64,000 bases of DNA from a virus. Below, in pieces: positions 18,848-29,261 of the stretch (the first letter of the stretch is position 1; each line of letters starts with the position of its first letter). The notes beneath the pieces were generated by a model that was not told the origin of the DNA, did no database searches, and saw nothing but the letters and a program-made list of their open reading frames with translations. The DNA is taken from IMG/VR virus record IMGVR_UViG_3300033153_006744, positions 1-64,000 of that record. One strand, given 5' to 3'. A program made the position numbers and the translations under genes.

Positions 18848-18983
18848 TCTGAGAAAATTACTCTATTGTGATCTAAAAATGGCAATGGTTTGCAAATTAA
18901 TTTTGACATACAAGCCGGATGCCATGCTGGATATTTCTCAATACCCAGTAATTCCAAAAATCTAAATGTTATATATCCATTCA

Positions 18984-19265
18984 TCATCTACCCCCATCTC
19001 TTTTGTTTATATAATCTTTAATTACACAATCCTTGCCTCCGCATTCATTGCAAACCGAGAAATCCATAGCTTGTTCTATACAAGATGAGTCTTCAAAAAT
19101 TGCTTTCTTAAAGGCCTCGTTTTCTTCTTCAAGTCTAGCGATTTTTTGGGCATACTCATCCACAAGTTTCATGGCACCCGTAAACAAGGCTTTCTTTTTT
19201 TCGTTACTTTCTTTTAGTCCGCGGTTTTCATTAAATAATTCTTTCATTAATCCATCCATTATCAA
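18984..19265 (-). CDS. Coiled-coil protein with C-terminal Cys motif
   Basis: Heptad repeats followed by CNECGGKDC. Confidence 0.55.
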   Translation of the reverse strand: MIMDGLMKELFNENRGLKESNEKKKALFTGAMKLVDEYAQKIARLEEENEAFKKAIFEDSSCIEQAMDFSVCNECGGKDCVIKDYINKRDGGR

Positions 19266-19486
19266 CCTCCTTTTTTATTTATAGCGTTAAAAAAATTCAC
19301 AAAAACCCTTAACAGAAAAACAATTAATACCATTTTTATAGAACTAACAAATGGGACTACAACTATAGACATTATTAAATAATTCCACAGCAAAATAGCA
19401 GTTAATGTTGTCAAAATAATTGCGATGGTCACAAAGGCAAATTCTTTTAAGTAACCCTTTAAAATCGCTTTATCTTTTGTTGTCAT
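19262..19486 (-). CDS. Small membrane protein (two TM segments)
   Basis: Two hydrophobic segments. Confidence 0.55.
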   Translation of the reverse strand: MTTKDKAILKGYLKEFAFVTIAIILTTLTAILLWNYLIMSIVVVPFVSSIKMVLIVFLLRVFVNFFNAINKKGG

Positions 19487-19668
19487 TTTTGTCTCCTATA
19501 TTTTCTCTTTTTCGTCATCTCTTTCTTTCCAATATTTCTTGACTCTAACCTGCTCTTTTCTTTGATGATCTCTAAATCTTTATCCCTTTTGTTTTCCAGG
19601 AACTCTAAGATATAACGCATGACTTCATAAGCAAATATAAGACATACTATTAAAATAATGAACATCAT
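19483..19668 (-). CDS. Small membrane-anchored basic protein
   Basis: N-terminal hydrophobic helix; AGGAGG RBS. Confidence 0.55.
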   Translation of the reverse strand: MMFIILIVCLIFAYEVMRYILEFLENKRDKDLEIIKEKSRLESRNIGKKEMTKKRKYRRQK

Positions 19669-19827
19669 GATTTACCTCCTTTTTTATACAGCACATAATC
19701 TACAATTGTTAAAACATCATTTTCAAAAAAGCCAGTCATTTTACAAGAATAATCTTCTCCATTGCTCAAGTCATAATGACAAAAGTATTTTCTGTTAAGT
19801 GAATCTAAAAATGCCTTTGTTATTGTT

Positions 19828-20016
19828 TTATTCATCTGTTGCTCCCTTGTCTTTGTTAATTATTAGAAAGGCGTGTTTAGATGCTGGATAATCTCGAAAT
19901 TGACTTAACCAATATTCGTGCTGCTTTTGTACGTAATCCATGTCTAACCTATACTTCTTTTTTAGATATTTTCTAAATAACTTTTTTATTCTTTTAATTC
20001 TTATTGATTTATTCAT
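19828..20016 (-). CDS. Small basic hypothetical protein
   Basis: ORF with AGGAGG RBS. Confidence 0.5.
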   Translation of the reverse strand: MNKSIRIKRIKKLFRKYLKKKYRLDMDYVQKQHEYWLSQFRDYPASKHAFLIINKDKGATDE

Positions 20017-20195
20017 TTTTACCTCCTAATCATTCAATTTATCTTCTATTCCTTCAGCCCTAAAAAACCATTTAATTGTGAACATTTTTGTCTCACAAAA
20101 ACTTGCCTCACTTAAGTCACCTACTTTATACGCCTCTTTGCTCATTTCTTTAAAATATTTATAAATATGTATAGCTTGCTCTATGGTGTTTTTTT

Positions 20196-20486
20196 TCATT
20201 CAGTCTCCTGTGATATTGTGACATATCCTTTCCATGTCATTAATTGGTTAGTTCCTGCACCAGTTGAGTTTCTAAGTCTAATTATAACTCCGTTATTATC
20301 TGCATCTACAAAACTAGTTGCTGTAATTCCCGTTGCATTAGTAGTTGTAATTGCAACATTTGACACCGTTGGGACACCAGCAGCAATGCGATTAGTTGCA
20401 TATGGAAGATATAAGAATAAATCAACGACATCTTGCACTATGTTTTTCCATCCTAAAGCAGCCCCATAAATTCTTTCTTTATTCAT
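20196..20486 (-). CDS. Stand-alone paralogue of the C-terminal domain of tail fibre 21012-22382
   Basis: About 62 of 91 aa identical by hand alignment; own AGGAGG RBS and promoter. Confidence 0.85.
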   Translation of the reverse strand: MNKERIYGAALGWKNIVQDVVDLFLYLPYATNRIAAGVPTVSNVAITTTNATGITATSFVDADNNGVIIRLRNSTGAGTNQLMTWKGYVTISQETE

Positions 20487-20504
20487 TGTGACCTCCTAAA
20501 TCAT

Positions 20505-20566
20505 TTTTAGCCAAGACCCTTTCTTGACCTTACATTAACCATAACATATTTCAAGCCTAATGTCAA
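20505..20566 (-). promoter_or_regulatory. Sigma70-type promoter with leader hairpin (copy 5)
   Basis: TTGACA (20561-20566), 17 bp, TATGGT; hairpin GGTCAAGA-AAGGG-TCTTGGCT. Confidence 0.75.
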
Positions 20567-20629
20567 GCAGAATATCAATTAAATAATAAATTACTTGTAA
20601 AAAATAGATAAATGTTTTATTGTGATTTA

Positions 20630-20717
20630 GATGTTGTTATTTTATAGTAGCATATCTCTTTTTGATAGTTCTTTTGCCGGTGTAATTTGTTACCTCCTTA
20701 TTGCATCGGCTTTTTTT
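20630..20717 (+). ncRNA. Candidate small RNA with anti-SD loop
   Basis: Possible promoter TTGTAA (20595-20600), 17 bp, TATTGT (20618-20623); ends at the terminator 20676-20717. Confidence 0.4.
20676..20717 (+). terminator. Intrinsic terminator on the plus strand
   Basis: 11 bp stem GCCGGTGTAAT/ATTGCATCGGC followed by T7; its two G-U pairs form only in the plus-strand RNA. Confidence 0.75.
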
Positions 20718-20742
20718 ATTTGTATTTGTTATGTAATTTTAT

Positions 20743-21003
20743 TTATTTCTCGTCGTTGGTTTTTTCGCAGTTCTTAGCGGATTTTATGAATGTTAGTAAT
20801 TCTTTAAATCCATCTTGATCATATATGTAAACATCTTCTAAGCATTTATGTGCAGCCTTTGTCTCATAGCAAAGTTTATTTCTATGTATTGGCAAATGAG
20901 TTAGCTCTGGCAACTTGCAGTAATTATTAACATAAATTACCTTAGGTCTTTTAATGCAACCTAAAGATAATAATAAAAACAACAATAAAAATAATTTCTT
21001 CAT
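20743..21003 (-). CDS. Lipoprotein, possible o-spanin (Rz1-like)
   Basis: MKKLFLLLFLLLSLGC lipobox; AGGAGG RBS; last gene of the late operon. Confidence 0.65.
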   Translation of the reverse strand: MKKLFLLLFLLLSLGCIKRPKVIYVNNYCKLPELTHLPIHRNKLCYETKAAHKCLEDVYIYDQDGFKELLTFIKSAKNCEKTNDEK

Positions 21004-21011
21004 GTAACCTC

Positions 21012-22382
21012 CTATGATATTAAAATATAACCTCTCCATGTCATCAATTGACTTGTGCCGGTTCCTGTTGAATTTCTAAACCTAATAGTCACTCCATTAT
21101 TGTCTGCCTCAAAAAAAGAACTAGTAGTTACACCAGTTGCACCTACTGTTGTAATTGCAACATCTGAAACAGTTGGAATTCCAGCGGATACCATTCGGTT
21201 AGCTGCATACGGAAAACGTAAGAATATATCAACGACACCCTGTGTTGTATCTTTCCAGCCTGAAACAGCCCCATAAATTCTTTCTTTTTTAATTGCAGTT
21301 CCAGAATTATTGACCCAAGTTCCTGCAGTTCTAACAGGTGGCAAGTCTATATCATCAGCTGCAGAAACAGAAAAAGAATCTGACATAATTGTATATCCTT
21401 CAAAGTCATCTATTTCAAAGACACTTACTCCAATTTCTTTTGTATATGAGCCTATTTCACCATTAAATCCAAATATTGTAGCTCTTCCAATGCTGCCAGC
21501 ATCGATTAGCTGTAATTTATCGTTTGTATATGTAGCGGGAATAGATACAACTCTTATGTTTCTCAGTAAAGCTAATCCACCATTAAAGTTTGTACCTAAG
21601 TCAGGATCTAAAAAATATAGTCCAAAAGCCTCAGTTCCATCAACTTGCAAATCTAATATTTTATAACTTGCAAAGCCACTTGTTAGCTCAGTCAATGTCA
21701 TTTCTTTGCTTAACTTGGCTAAATAAGGGTCAACAATGTTGGCAATTTCCATCACTCCGCCCTTTGCAGTTTCTCCCGTTAAATCTATTTTATCACCAAT
21801 AAATTTATACATAACGTCGCTAGCGTCTTCAAAGTTTAACACCATTCCTGATGTAATTTTATCAAGAAATGGAGTTGCACCAGAATTAGTTATAAAATAT
21901 GTTTTAATCCTAATCCCATTTTCATAAACAGGCAGTGTTGTTGGCAGCGGATCAGTTGTCCAGTGAAATTCCTCACCCCTAACAACTATAAATTCAACAC
22001 CATCAAGCAAATGTTTTTTAAATTTTGTCAAACTTTTTGTTTTTCCAACCTCATCGCCTTCTTTTTGATACCATCTTGCAAATATGGAAATATATCTTCT
22101 ATATCCAACTGTTGGAATAACGCTTGCTCCTGTAATGTCTGTTTCGCAATTTACGCTTACCGTATCAGTTGTCTCTAAGCTTTCCCCGTTTGCATCGTGA
22201 CCTTTTCCGGGGTAAATATCAACAAACCATGTATCGTTTTCATTTACTTTCCACCCCGACATTATTCCAATAAAATCAATACCTTTTATGTCGTCTTTAA
22301 ACTGTTTTTTAATGGCTTCTGATATCCACGTTAAATCGCCCCCATTTATAATGTAATCATTTAAAAATTTAAACATATTCAT
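21012..22382 (-). CDS. Tail fibre / receptor-binding protein
   Basis: Follows the baseplate genes; beta-rich; C-terminal domain duplicated at 20196-20486. Confidence 0.7.
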   Translation of the reverse strand: MNMFKFLNDYIINGGDLTWISEAIKKQFKDDIKGIDFIGIMSGWKVNENDTWFVDIYPGKGHDANGESLETTDTVSVNCETDITGASVIPTVGYRRYISIFARWYQKEGDEVGKTKSLTKFKKHLLDGVEFIVVRGEEFHWTTDPLPTTLPVYENGIRIKTYFITNSGATPFLDKITSGMVLNFEDASDVMYKFIGDKIDLTGETAKGGVMEIANIVDPYLAKLSKEMTLTELTSGFASYKILDLQVDGTEAFGLYFLDPDLGTNFNGGLALLRNIRVVSIPATYTNDKLQLIDAGSIGRATIFGFNGEIGSYTKEIGVSVFEIDDFEGYTIMSDSFSVSAADDIDLPPVRTAGTWVNNSGTAIKKERIYGAVSGWKDTTQGVVDIFLRFPYAANRMVSAGIPTVSDVAITTVGATGVTTSSFFEADNNGVTIRFRNSTGTGTSQLMTWRGYILIS

Positions 22383-22398
22383 TTAAAACTCCTATATA

Positions 22399-23736
22399 TT
22401 ATAATATTGTTGTTGAGCCTAATTCGCTTGTTCCTAAAACCCACTCTCCATCAACAACAACGCCCTTAAAATATTCATTAATAGGTTTCCACCAGTTTGC
22501 AACAACAGTTATTTTATTTATTATGTCGTCATCTATTTCTAAACTATCAACTATTCCAACACCCCAAGAAAACCTCTCAACTGAGTCTGGATCACTATCA
22601 ATTATTGTTTCAGCTCCTATTAGCGAAGCTCCGATTAACCATCCAACATCAGGAAACCTTAAAACTTCTATATCTCTGTCAAATAATAGTTCTATAAATT
22701 GTATAAAATAATCAGTAAATCTTCTTTGCCTATAATAAGGAAAATTTAAAGCTATTTTTCTTTTTTGCTCCAGTGAGAACCAAGATAACCAATTTTCAGG
22801 AAACTTTTGTCTTAAAAGCATTGTACTTAATTTATCTTCAATTGTTGTAAAATTAAGGTCATTTTCCCATGCTAATTTATCTATAAATGCAAAAGTCTCT
22901 TTATCATCTGCCTCTAAAATAGAATCTAATTTTAACAATGTATTGTAGGTTTCATCTTTTTCTCTCCACTTTGCAGGGTACATTAATTCAAACCTATTAT
23001 ACTCCCTGTTTTGATTCCAATAATACGGTTTTGGAACAGTAAAGTCAAATGTATCTCCACTAGCGCTTATTAAATTTAAATTCTTATCATATACATTTTC
23101 GCATTTTACATAGTATTCGCCATCTATTGTTAGATTATCGTTTAGCTTTATTTTATAAATATCTGTAGCACTTAATATTGCTTTAATTTGATCATCTGTG
23201 CTTCTTTCTATACTTTCAACACTTGCAGGAAAAACAGATTTTAAAGAGCCAACTTGTTTTAAAAGAGATATATTTGAACTAAGAACAGTTGCTTCTTTCA
23301 TTTCTTCAGAAAACCCTATCCACATATCTTTTAAGTCATCTATTAAAACACCTGTAACTGTCGGTGCAACTGTGTCCATGGTTGTAAAATCATAAATTGA
23401 TACAGCAGATTCAGCCCCTAAGTCAGTGTTTATTTCTACATCATAATTGGTATCTGTTGCTAAAGTTAAAATTAAAGAATATCGTCTCCAGTAACTATTT
23501 AAATCCACATTAGTTAAACTTCCAGTGTAATCAGTTGTATTTATTTCAATTGTAGTTACTAATCCAGAATTGGCGTTTCCAGTAAAATTAAAAACATCAA
23601 AAGTTAAGGTTAAAGATGTAGAGACCTGAGTCTCTTTGTTTGCTGGAAATAAATTTCCTATAACCAATTTGTCAGAATCAGTTGCTTTAATACTTTCAAA
23701 TGCATCTAAATATAGTTTAGGAATTTTAATTGACAT
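22399..23736 (-). CDS. Baseplate wedge protein (Ig-like N-terminal domains, gpI-like C-terminus)
   Basis: DTVAPTV...IGFSEEM is Ig-like; C-terminal KRKIALNFPYYRQR...WWKPIN...WVLGTSELG. Confidence 0.6.
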   Translation of the reverse strand: MSIKIPKLYLDAFESIKATDSDKLVIGNLFPANKETQVSTSLTLTFDVFNFTGNANSGLVTTIEINTTDYTGSLTNVDLNSYWRRYSLILTLATDTNYDVEINTDLGAESAVSIYDFTTMDTVAPTVTGVLIDDLKDMWIGFSEEMKEATVLSSNISLLKQVGSLKSVFPASVESIERSTDDQIKAILSATDIYKIKLNDNLTIDGEYYVKCENVYDKNLNLISASGDTFDFTVPKPYYWNQNREYNRFELMYPAKWREKDETYNTLLKLDSILEADDKETFAFIDKLAWENDLNFTTIEDKLSTMLLRQKFPENWLSWFSLEQKRKIALNFPYYRQRRFTDYFIQFIELLFDRDIEVLRFPDVGWLIGASLIGAETIIDSDPDSVERFSWGVGIVDSLEIDDDIINKITVVANWWKPINEYFKGVVVDGEWVLGTSELGSTTIL

Positions 23737-23742
23737 TTTATT

Positions 23743-24150
23743 TTACTCCAAAATTAACTCTATTTGTAACTCTTTTTCACCATGTAAATCATAAACAGGA
23801 ACTAGAATATTATCATCATAAATATCTGGATTATTTGTGCTTAAAATTCTATCTACAACAGTATTAAAAGCTGTTCCATCAACTCCTTCTATTCTTACTT
23901 TTAGCTTCCAATCAGCTCCAATTATACTAGTTTCTTCAACTATAAATCTATATTTTAATTTTAAATAAGCAATGAAATCGCAATTAAATTTTTGATTCAA
24001 ATGACAATAATCTCCTGCTTGGAAATTAAAATCAGTTGCATTTTTATCACCTATTAAAAAGACATAAGAACCATCATCAAAAGGTTCTATTTTTATTGGG
24101 ATTATTCTACCCTTGTTTTGTCCATTCTTATCATTTAAAACAGAAATCAT
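23743..24150 (-). CDS. Putative virion structural protein
   Basis: Beta-rich; position in the baseplate cluster. Confidence 0.5.
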   Translation of the reverse strand: MISVLNDKNGQNKGRIIPIKIEPFDDGSYVFLIGDKNATDFNFQAGDYCHLNQKFNCDFIAYLKLKYRFIVEETSIIGADWKLKVRIEGVDGTAFNTVVDRILSTNNPDIYDDNILVPVYDLHGEKELQIELILE

Positions 24151-24161
24151 TTAAAATACCC

Positions 24162-24917
24162 CTATGGTGTAGATGTTTTTTGTCTTATAATTTCTATAGC
24201 ATCAAAAACAACCCTAGACCCTGCTTGATTTGTTACAACCCCATATCCAACATAACCGCTTTGATAAGGTGCAAATAAAGCACCCGCAACTGAATCTACA
24301 TAAGGATTTGAGCCGTAATCAAGGACATAATCAGCCCATGTATAGCCAGCAGCATAAGTTCCTTTTTGAGCTGTAATCACAACATCAACACCAGAATTTA
24401 CCACAACATCAAGTTTCATTATTTCCCATTCATCACCTTCGGCACCAAAGTCATCAGCACTTTCCATTAAAATTTCATAATAATTATCAGTTTCATCAAT
24501 AATTGTTGTTGAACCACCTGAAGTATGTGCAGAAACATCAGCTCTTGTTAGTATGCCATTTTTAAACCTACCTTTTGCAACAACAATCTTGTAGGGTCTT
24601 CCACCTGATAATCCAATCATATACCCACTTCCATTTTCAATATCGCTTGCATCCGCACAGCAAAAATAAAAAGGAGTTGCACCAGTTGCAAAGTCACCAA
24701 TTCTTTTTATTCCACCATCTACTAGCGCACCATAAGCACATGGCGTAAAGTTTGTTTTTTCTGCATGATTACCAAACATTAAAATATCGCTTGTTGTTGG
24801 ATTAACTATAAAACAATAAGATCCACCATCGTACGTTGTAACCGAAGTAGTTACGTTTCTCTTTAAAATTACATCAGAGGTTGAGTTTGCCATGTTAGTC
24901 CAGTCAGCTTTAGCCAT
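24162..24917 (-). CDS. Putative virion structural protein (lectin-like beta fold)
   Basis: Beta-rich, ending GYVGYG...VVFDAIEI; position in the baseplate cluster. Confidence 0.5.
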   Translation of the reverse strand: MAKADWTNMANSTSDVILKRNVTTSVTTYDGGSYCFIVNPTTSDILMFGNHAEKTNFTPCAYGALVDGGIKRIGDFATGATPFYFCCADASDIENGSGYMIGLSGGRPYKIVVAKGRFKNGILTRADVSAHTSGGSTTIIDETDNYYEILMESADDFGAEGDEWEIMKLDVVVNSGVDVVITAQKGTYAAGYTWADYVLDYGSNPYVDSVAGALFAPYQSGYVGYGVVTNQAGSRVVFDAIEIIRQKTSTP

Positions 24918-24935
24918 TTTTATCTCCTAAATTTA

Positions 24936-27371
24936 TTATATATCAATTATAATTGTAGTTCCCCAGTTTGAATCTGAGTTATTAAAGTTTTCCCTTACAT
25001 CTGTTACAACGGCTGGATCAACAAAAACAAAAACAACCTTATAAGCTGGAGCTATATCATCAAAACTTTGCAAGATATCGCCATAATCACTTATTCCTGT
25101 TCTATAATACCATCCATCAACTCCACTAAAGCTTTCTCTAGCAATTGGAGCTCCAGCGCTAAAGTAGGCAAATATTTCAGCTTGATCTATAGTTGTTATG
25201 TTGTTTGTCCACACCTTACCCATATCGCCATATTTTATGTTGTTACTATAATATGACAAAGCAGTATCAAAAAATGATGACTGCAAAAATATTAAATATT
25301 TAATGGGGTCAGATGCGAAAGTTATCTGTAATCTATTCCCAATGGCCACAACATTAACGGAAAACGTGTGAAAGCTTATCCTAGACTTAATGTATGCTGC
25401 TAATTCTGCTATAGCATAAGATCCTTCGGTAATTATAAAGCTATATGGCGTAATTGTTTTCTCTGAAGTATCGTCTGTTATCACAAACTTTATTTCATCA
25501 TTTATTCCCTCAAATATGGAAACAGTGCCATATGTAAAATCTATGTATAGCAAATTATAAGCATTTGAATAAACAAATAAGTGTGCAAACTCCCAACCAT
25601 AACAAAAGTTTTCCCTTACTATATCTGGAGCGAAAACAAAAGTTTCTTTATTTGGGTCTAAAATGTCATCAACACTAGTATATTCCCAATCATCCCACAA
25701 CTCAAAAGTTTCTCTTAATTTTTCAATGCCAAATATAAAAGTTTCAGTTTCAATATCATCAAAACTAACTATTATAGCCCACTTTTCAAAACTTTCAAAT
25801 CCTTGATATTGATCATCTTCAAACCCATTGCCTACCCAAAAAGGGAAAACTTCCCATTTTTCTACGACACTTTCAGTTGACCAACTTTCAGCATTTCCAG
25901 TCCAATCTCCTTGAGTTTCAAAGCTAGGATTATTTAAACCAGCATCGTAATTAATTATCTTTTCCCAATATGAAAGCATGTCAGAATCACTTAACAATCT
26001 ATTTTCAAAGCCGAATGTTTGAACCTCAATTAAGCCATAATTAGAAGCCCAGCTTGAAGCAACATCAACAAATGGCAAGCCAACACTAAAAGCTTGTTTA
26101 GCTCCAATATTCACAGAAATAGAAGAAAGATTAAGGCTTTCTATTTCTGATTCATTAACCTTTATTCTTAAATTACCTGTTCCAGTGTCATAAGTTAAAA
26201 ATAACATTCCCCAGTCATTTTCTAATACTTCTATCGTACTCATGAAAGTTAGAGGCGGCCCTGTTGTTGCTCCAATGACAATTCCTATTAAATTGTTTCT
26301 CAAAAAGAAGCCAATTCCTTCATAAGCAAACCCAGACCCAAGCCAACTTAAAGTACCGCCTATGTACCTATCCCCTGAATTTGCTTTGCTTTTAAACCTA
26401 CAATACATAGAAAAACTTTCAAGGTTTAAAAAAGCAGGTAAATTGCTAGTTCCTAAATCTCTAAAGTCATCACCAATAAAAATGTTTTCTCCACCTGCTA
26501 AAGCTCTAGCATAAGAAGAATCGGATAAGTCGATAACCTTACCTACTATTCTATATTTATTTATTTTTATTATTTTATTATCTTCTACTGGTTTCATGTC
26601 CATAAATGGATCTGATAATCCTGTTAATTCGCCATCTCTATATGCCTTAAAACTAGATATTATAGAGTCAGCAAAATATGTTTGATTTGCAGTTATTTGT
26701 ATTTCTTTTAAGTTTAATTGCTTTTCACCACTTCCCGATATGGTTGTAGATACATAAGCCCTTAAGAAATAATACATTTCTGCAACGTCAAAAAATTGAC
26801 TTAAAAAAACATCGGTATATATAAAGTCTGCACCATCAAAAATCGAATATACATTTAGCGTAAAATCATATGTAACTCCGCTAAAGCTATCATAAGAGGT
26901 TACGATGGTTCCATTTGCATAATGCTCATAAGCCCTATATTGATTAACTAAACTTGTATCAGAAAACTTTCCTAGCTGTGAATTGATCCTATCGTCAAAA
27001 TTTTGCTTATATGCAAAACAAAAGCCTCCACAAGCAACATAGTCACCCAGTGTATCTACATATCTAACTCCAGAATATACAAGGGTTTCAAGACCCGTTA
27101 TAGTTGTTGTAGATGAAATTTGACCACGAAACTCTAACTTAGTAGCTTTTAAATAAGCATCTTCCTTGCTGTAATCTGAGCCATCATTTGTGCTGTATAC
27201 TTCTATTCCATCTTCACCGTTTAAAACAGTTGAATCAAAGTCTAAAACGCCAAAAAAACGGCTAAAGTTATCTTTGTTTATGGTTAGGATATAGTTGTCA
27301 TTGAACTTTGATTTAATATATAAATCTTCAAAATCATCAATCCAAAATTCTAAAGTTGCACCAGTTAGCAT
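24936..27371 (-). CDS. Large virion protein with LamG/ConA-like domain
   Basis: FSMYCRFK...WGMLFLTYD...LRIKVN...FENRLLSDSDM; C-terminal E(T/N/S)F...W repeats. Confidence 0.6.
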   Translation of the reverse strand: MLTGATLEFWIDDFEDLYIKSKFNDNYILTINKDNFSRFFGVLDFDSTVLNGEDGIEVYSTNDGSDYSKEDAYLKATKLEFRGQISSTTTITGLETLVYSGVRYVDTLGDYVACGGFCFAYKQNFDDRINSQLGKFSDTSLVNQYRAYEHYANGTIVTSYDSFSGVTYDFTLNVYSIFDGADFIYTDVFLSQFFDVAEMYYFLRAYVSTTISGSGEKQLNLKEIQITANQTYFADSIISSFKAYRDGELTGLSDPFMDMKPVEDNKIIKINKYRIVGKVIDLSDSSYARALAGGENIFIGDDFRDLGTSNLPAFLNLESFSMYCRFKSKANSGDRYIGGTLSWLGSGFAYEGIGFFLRNNLIGIVIGATTGPPLTFMSTIEVLENDWGMLFLTYDTGTGNLRIKVNESEIESLNLSSISVNIGAKQAFSVGLPFVDVASSWASNYGLIEVQTFGFENRLLSDSDMLSYWEKIINYDAGLNNPSFETQGDWTGNAESWSTESVVEKWEVFPFWVGNGFEDDQYQGFESFEKWAIIVSFDDIETETFIFGIEKLRETFELWDDWEYTSVDDILDPNKETFVFAPDIVRENFCYGWEFAHLFVYSNAYNLLYIDFTYGTVSIFEGINDEIKFVITDDTSEKTITPYSFIITEGSYAIAELAAYIKSRISFHTFSVNVVAIGNRLQITFASDPIKYLIFLQSSFFDTALSYYSNNIKYGDMGKVWTNNITTIDQAEIFAYFSAGAPIARESFSGVDGWYYRTGISDYGDILQSFDDIAPAYKVVFVFVDPAVVTDVRENFNNSDSNWGTTIIIDI

Positions 27372-27379
27372 TGTTACAC

Positions 27380-28894
27380 CTATCTATTATATTCATAATC
27401 TGTTCCAGTATCTCCATCAACTATCTTCAACCTTTTAAAATAAGGAAAATCTTTTAATTCAATTGCAACATCACTATGTGACCCATTTACGAAAAAACCA
27501 CTTGGCTGCATATCTACTTTTTGCACATATTCAGAGTCTCTTACTATATCAAAAATTGTTGACAATGGTATTTCAGACTTTTTACTTATACTTTGATCTT
27601 TAAAATAAAAGCCAAAATCTATTCTAGTATTTTTTTCTCCATTGCTTAATAACGGATCAAAATATTCAACTAAGTCATCATAAACTTTGTTAGCTTTTTG
27701 CGTTGCAGTCATTCCGGCAATATCTTTAAAATACAGCATAACATCTATTTCTATTGTTTTATATGTTGCACTTACAACAGAAAGACCAAAACCTATAGAC
27801 GTTTTAACTGTATCAAATTCTGTTTCAACTTGATTTAATAACACGTCGCTTGCTATTCCGCCGCCAACTGGAACTATAAATAATGACCCCCTGTTTTCAC
27901 CTGCTTCAGTAATAGAGTCAGCTGACAACATTAAGGCTCTTGCAACACCACCTATACTATATGCAATGCTCTCAAACTCACTTCTAGCTGTAGCACTTTG
28001 CTTTGTTGTTCCAGTATTTATAGATGCAAGTCTAATTTCATTAACTGTTTCATATAGCCTGCTATGTGTAGACTCTGTATTGCTATTTATTGTAACGGTA
28101 ACAGGATTTCCAAGTGTATCCTGAAAAGAACCTTCTATTTTTTTTAAAGAATTTTCTTCTATATATCCGTCATCTAATGCTGTATATTTATAGTCAACAA
28201 CAACATTTCCATTTGCTCTTTTAGCTCGTGTTCCATTTCCGAAAATTAAAATAGCCCTTTGTTCATCATCTATGTTAATTAAAAAGTGTTCATCTGAAGC
28301 ACTAGATTCAGAAAAATTATCTACTCTTGTAAAAGTATTGCCATCTACTGTAACTAAAATTATTTCTAAAAAAGGCTTTCTTAATAAAATAAAGTTTTCC
28401 CATATTCTACCATACGCAGTAAACGTATCTTGAGTTATAACAGAATATTCGCAATCAACACTTATTGTTGGGGTTAAGCTGTCAAACATTATATCATTAG
28501 CTGTTTGAAAAGATTTAGAATTCTTTGTAAGGGTTTTTAAAACAGTCCCTTTTTCAACAGTTAATATTTCTGCAGGGACAATAGTTGCATTTAAAGAAAC
28601 CGAGCAAGTTGCAGCATAAGGCAATCTTTCTGTATATCCATTAAAGTTGGCTATATTTTTAATTCCTCTTCTTGTTTTTGCTCTTATACTAGATTCTTGA
28701 TATGCCTTTTCTATATAAAAATTTAGCCCATCTTTTGCCATTGCCTGGCTATCAAGTATAAAATTACCAATATTAACCGTAGAATCATCTGTCCATTCTG
28801 GAAACACGGTTGATTTTATGCTTCTTAGATATTCTCTATTGCCCTCTAAATCTTTTACAAGATAATTAGCTTGTTGATCTATAATTCCACTCAT
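27380..28894 (-). CDS. Baseplate wedge subunit (gpJ / T4 gp6-like)
   Basis: FPEWTD...GNFILD, FGNGTRAK, ETVNEIR...ATARSEFE. Confidence 0.85.
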   Translation of the reverse strand: MSGIIDQQANYLVKDLEGNREYLRSIKSTVFPEWTDDSTVNIGNFILDSQAMAKDGLNFYIEKAYQESSIRAKTRRGIKNIANFNGYTERLPYAATCSVSLNATIVPAEILTVEKGTVLKTLTKNSKSFQTANDIMFDSLTPTISVDCEYSVITQDTFTAYGRIWENFILLRKPFLEIILVTVDGNTFTRVDNFSESSASDEHFLINIDDEQRAILIFGNGTRAKRANGNVVVDYKYTALDDGYIEENSLKKIEGSFQDTLGNPVTVTINSNTESTHSRLYETVNEIRLASINTGTTKQSATARSEFESIAYSIGGVARALMLSADSITEAGENRGSLFIVPVGGGIASDVLLNQVETEFDTVKTSIGFGLSVVSATYKTIEIDVMLYFKDIAGMTATQKANKVYDDLVEYFDPLLSNGEKNTRIDFGFYFKDQSISKKSEIPLSTIFDIVRDSEYVQKVDMQPSGFFVNGSHSDVAIELKDFPYFKRLKIVDGDTGTDYEYNR

Positions 28895-29261
28895 AACTTA
28901 TACTCTCTCTTTTATAATTATCATCTATTTTTGTTTCATAATCAAAGTTTATATCTTTACCATATTGAATATCTGTCACCTGTAATTCTCCAACATCTAT
29001 AGTATCCCATACAAAATTAATTGACTTTTGTAACAAATAACGCATTTCCTGTATGTCAACGCTTTCCATTTTTTGGTGTCTATATAAATCCATTCCAGTT
29101 CCAATTCTACCATCCCATAGACATTCACCAACAACAGAGCCACTGCCCCCAACCATATCTATTAAAGATACAATATTATTTCCAATATTATCTTCTTCTT
29201 CAAGTGTGGCGATATTGTCGTAACCATAACTAAGGGGATATAAAACTGACAATTTTCTCAT
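28866..29261 (-). CDS. Baseplate gp25/gpW-like protein
   Basis: GECLWDGRIGTG resembles the GERxxxPxFG motif; upstream of gpJ. Confidence 0.7.
   Translation of the reverse strand: MRKLSVLYPLSYGYDNIATLEEEDNIGNNIVSLIDMVGGSGSVVGECLWDGRIGTGMDLYRHQKMESVDIQEMRYLLQKSINFVWDTIDVGELQVTDIQYGKDINFDYETKIDDNYKRESISYEWNYRSTS

Noticed and set aside
20196-21290. Diversity-generating retroelement (TR/VR pair) explaining the fibre-tip duplication
   Set aside because: Differences involve all four bases, include an indel and many synonymous changes; no reverse transcriptase in the window
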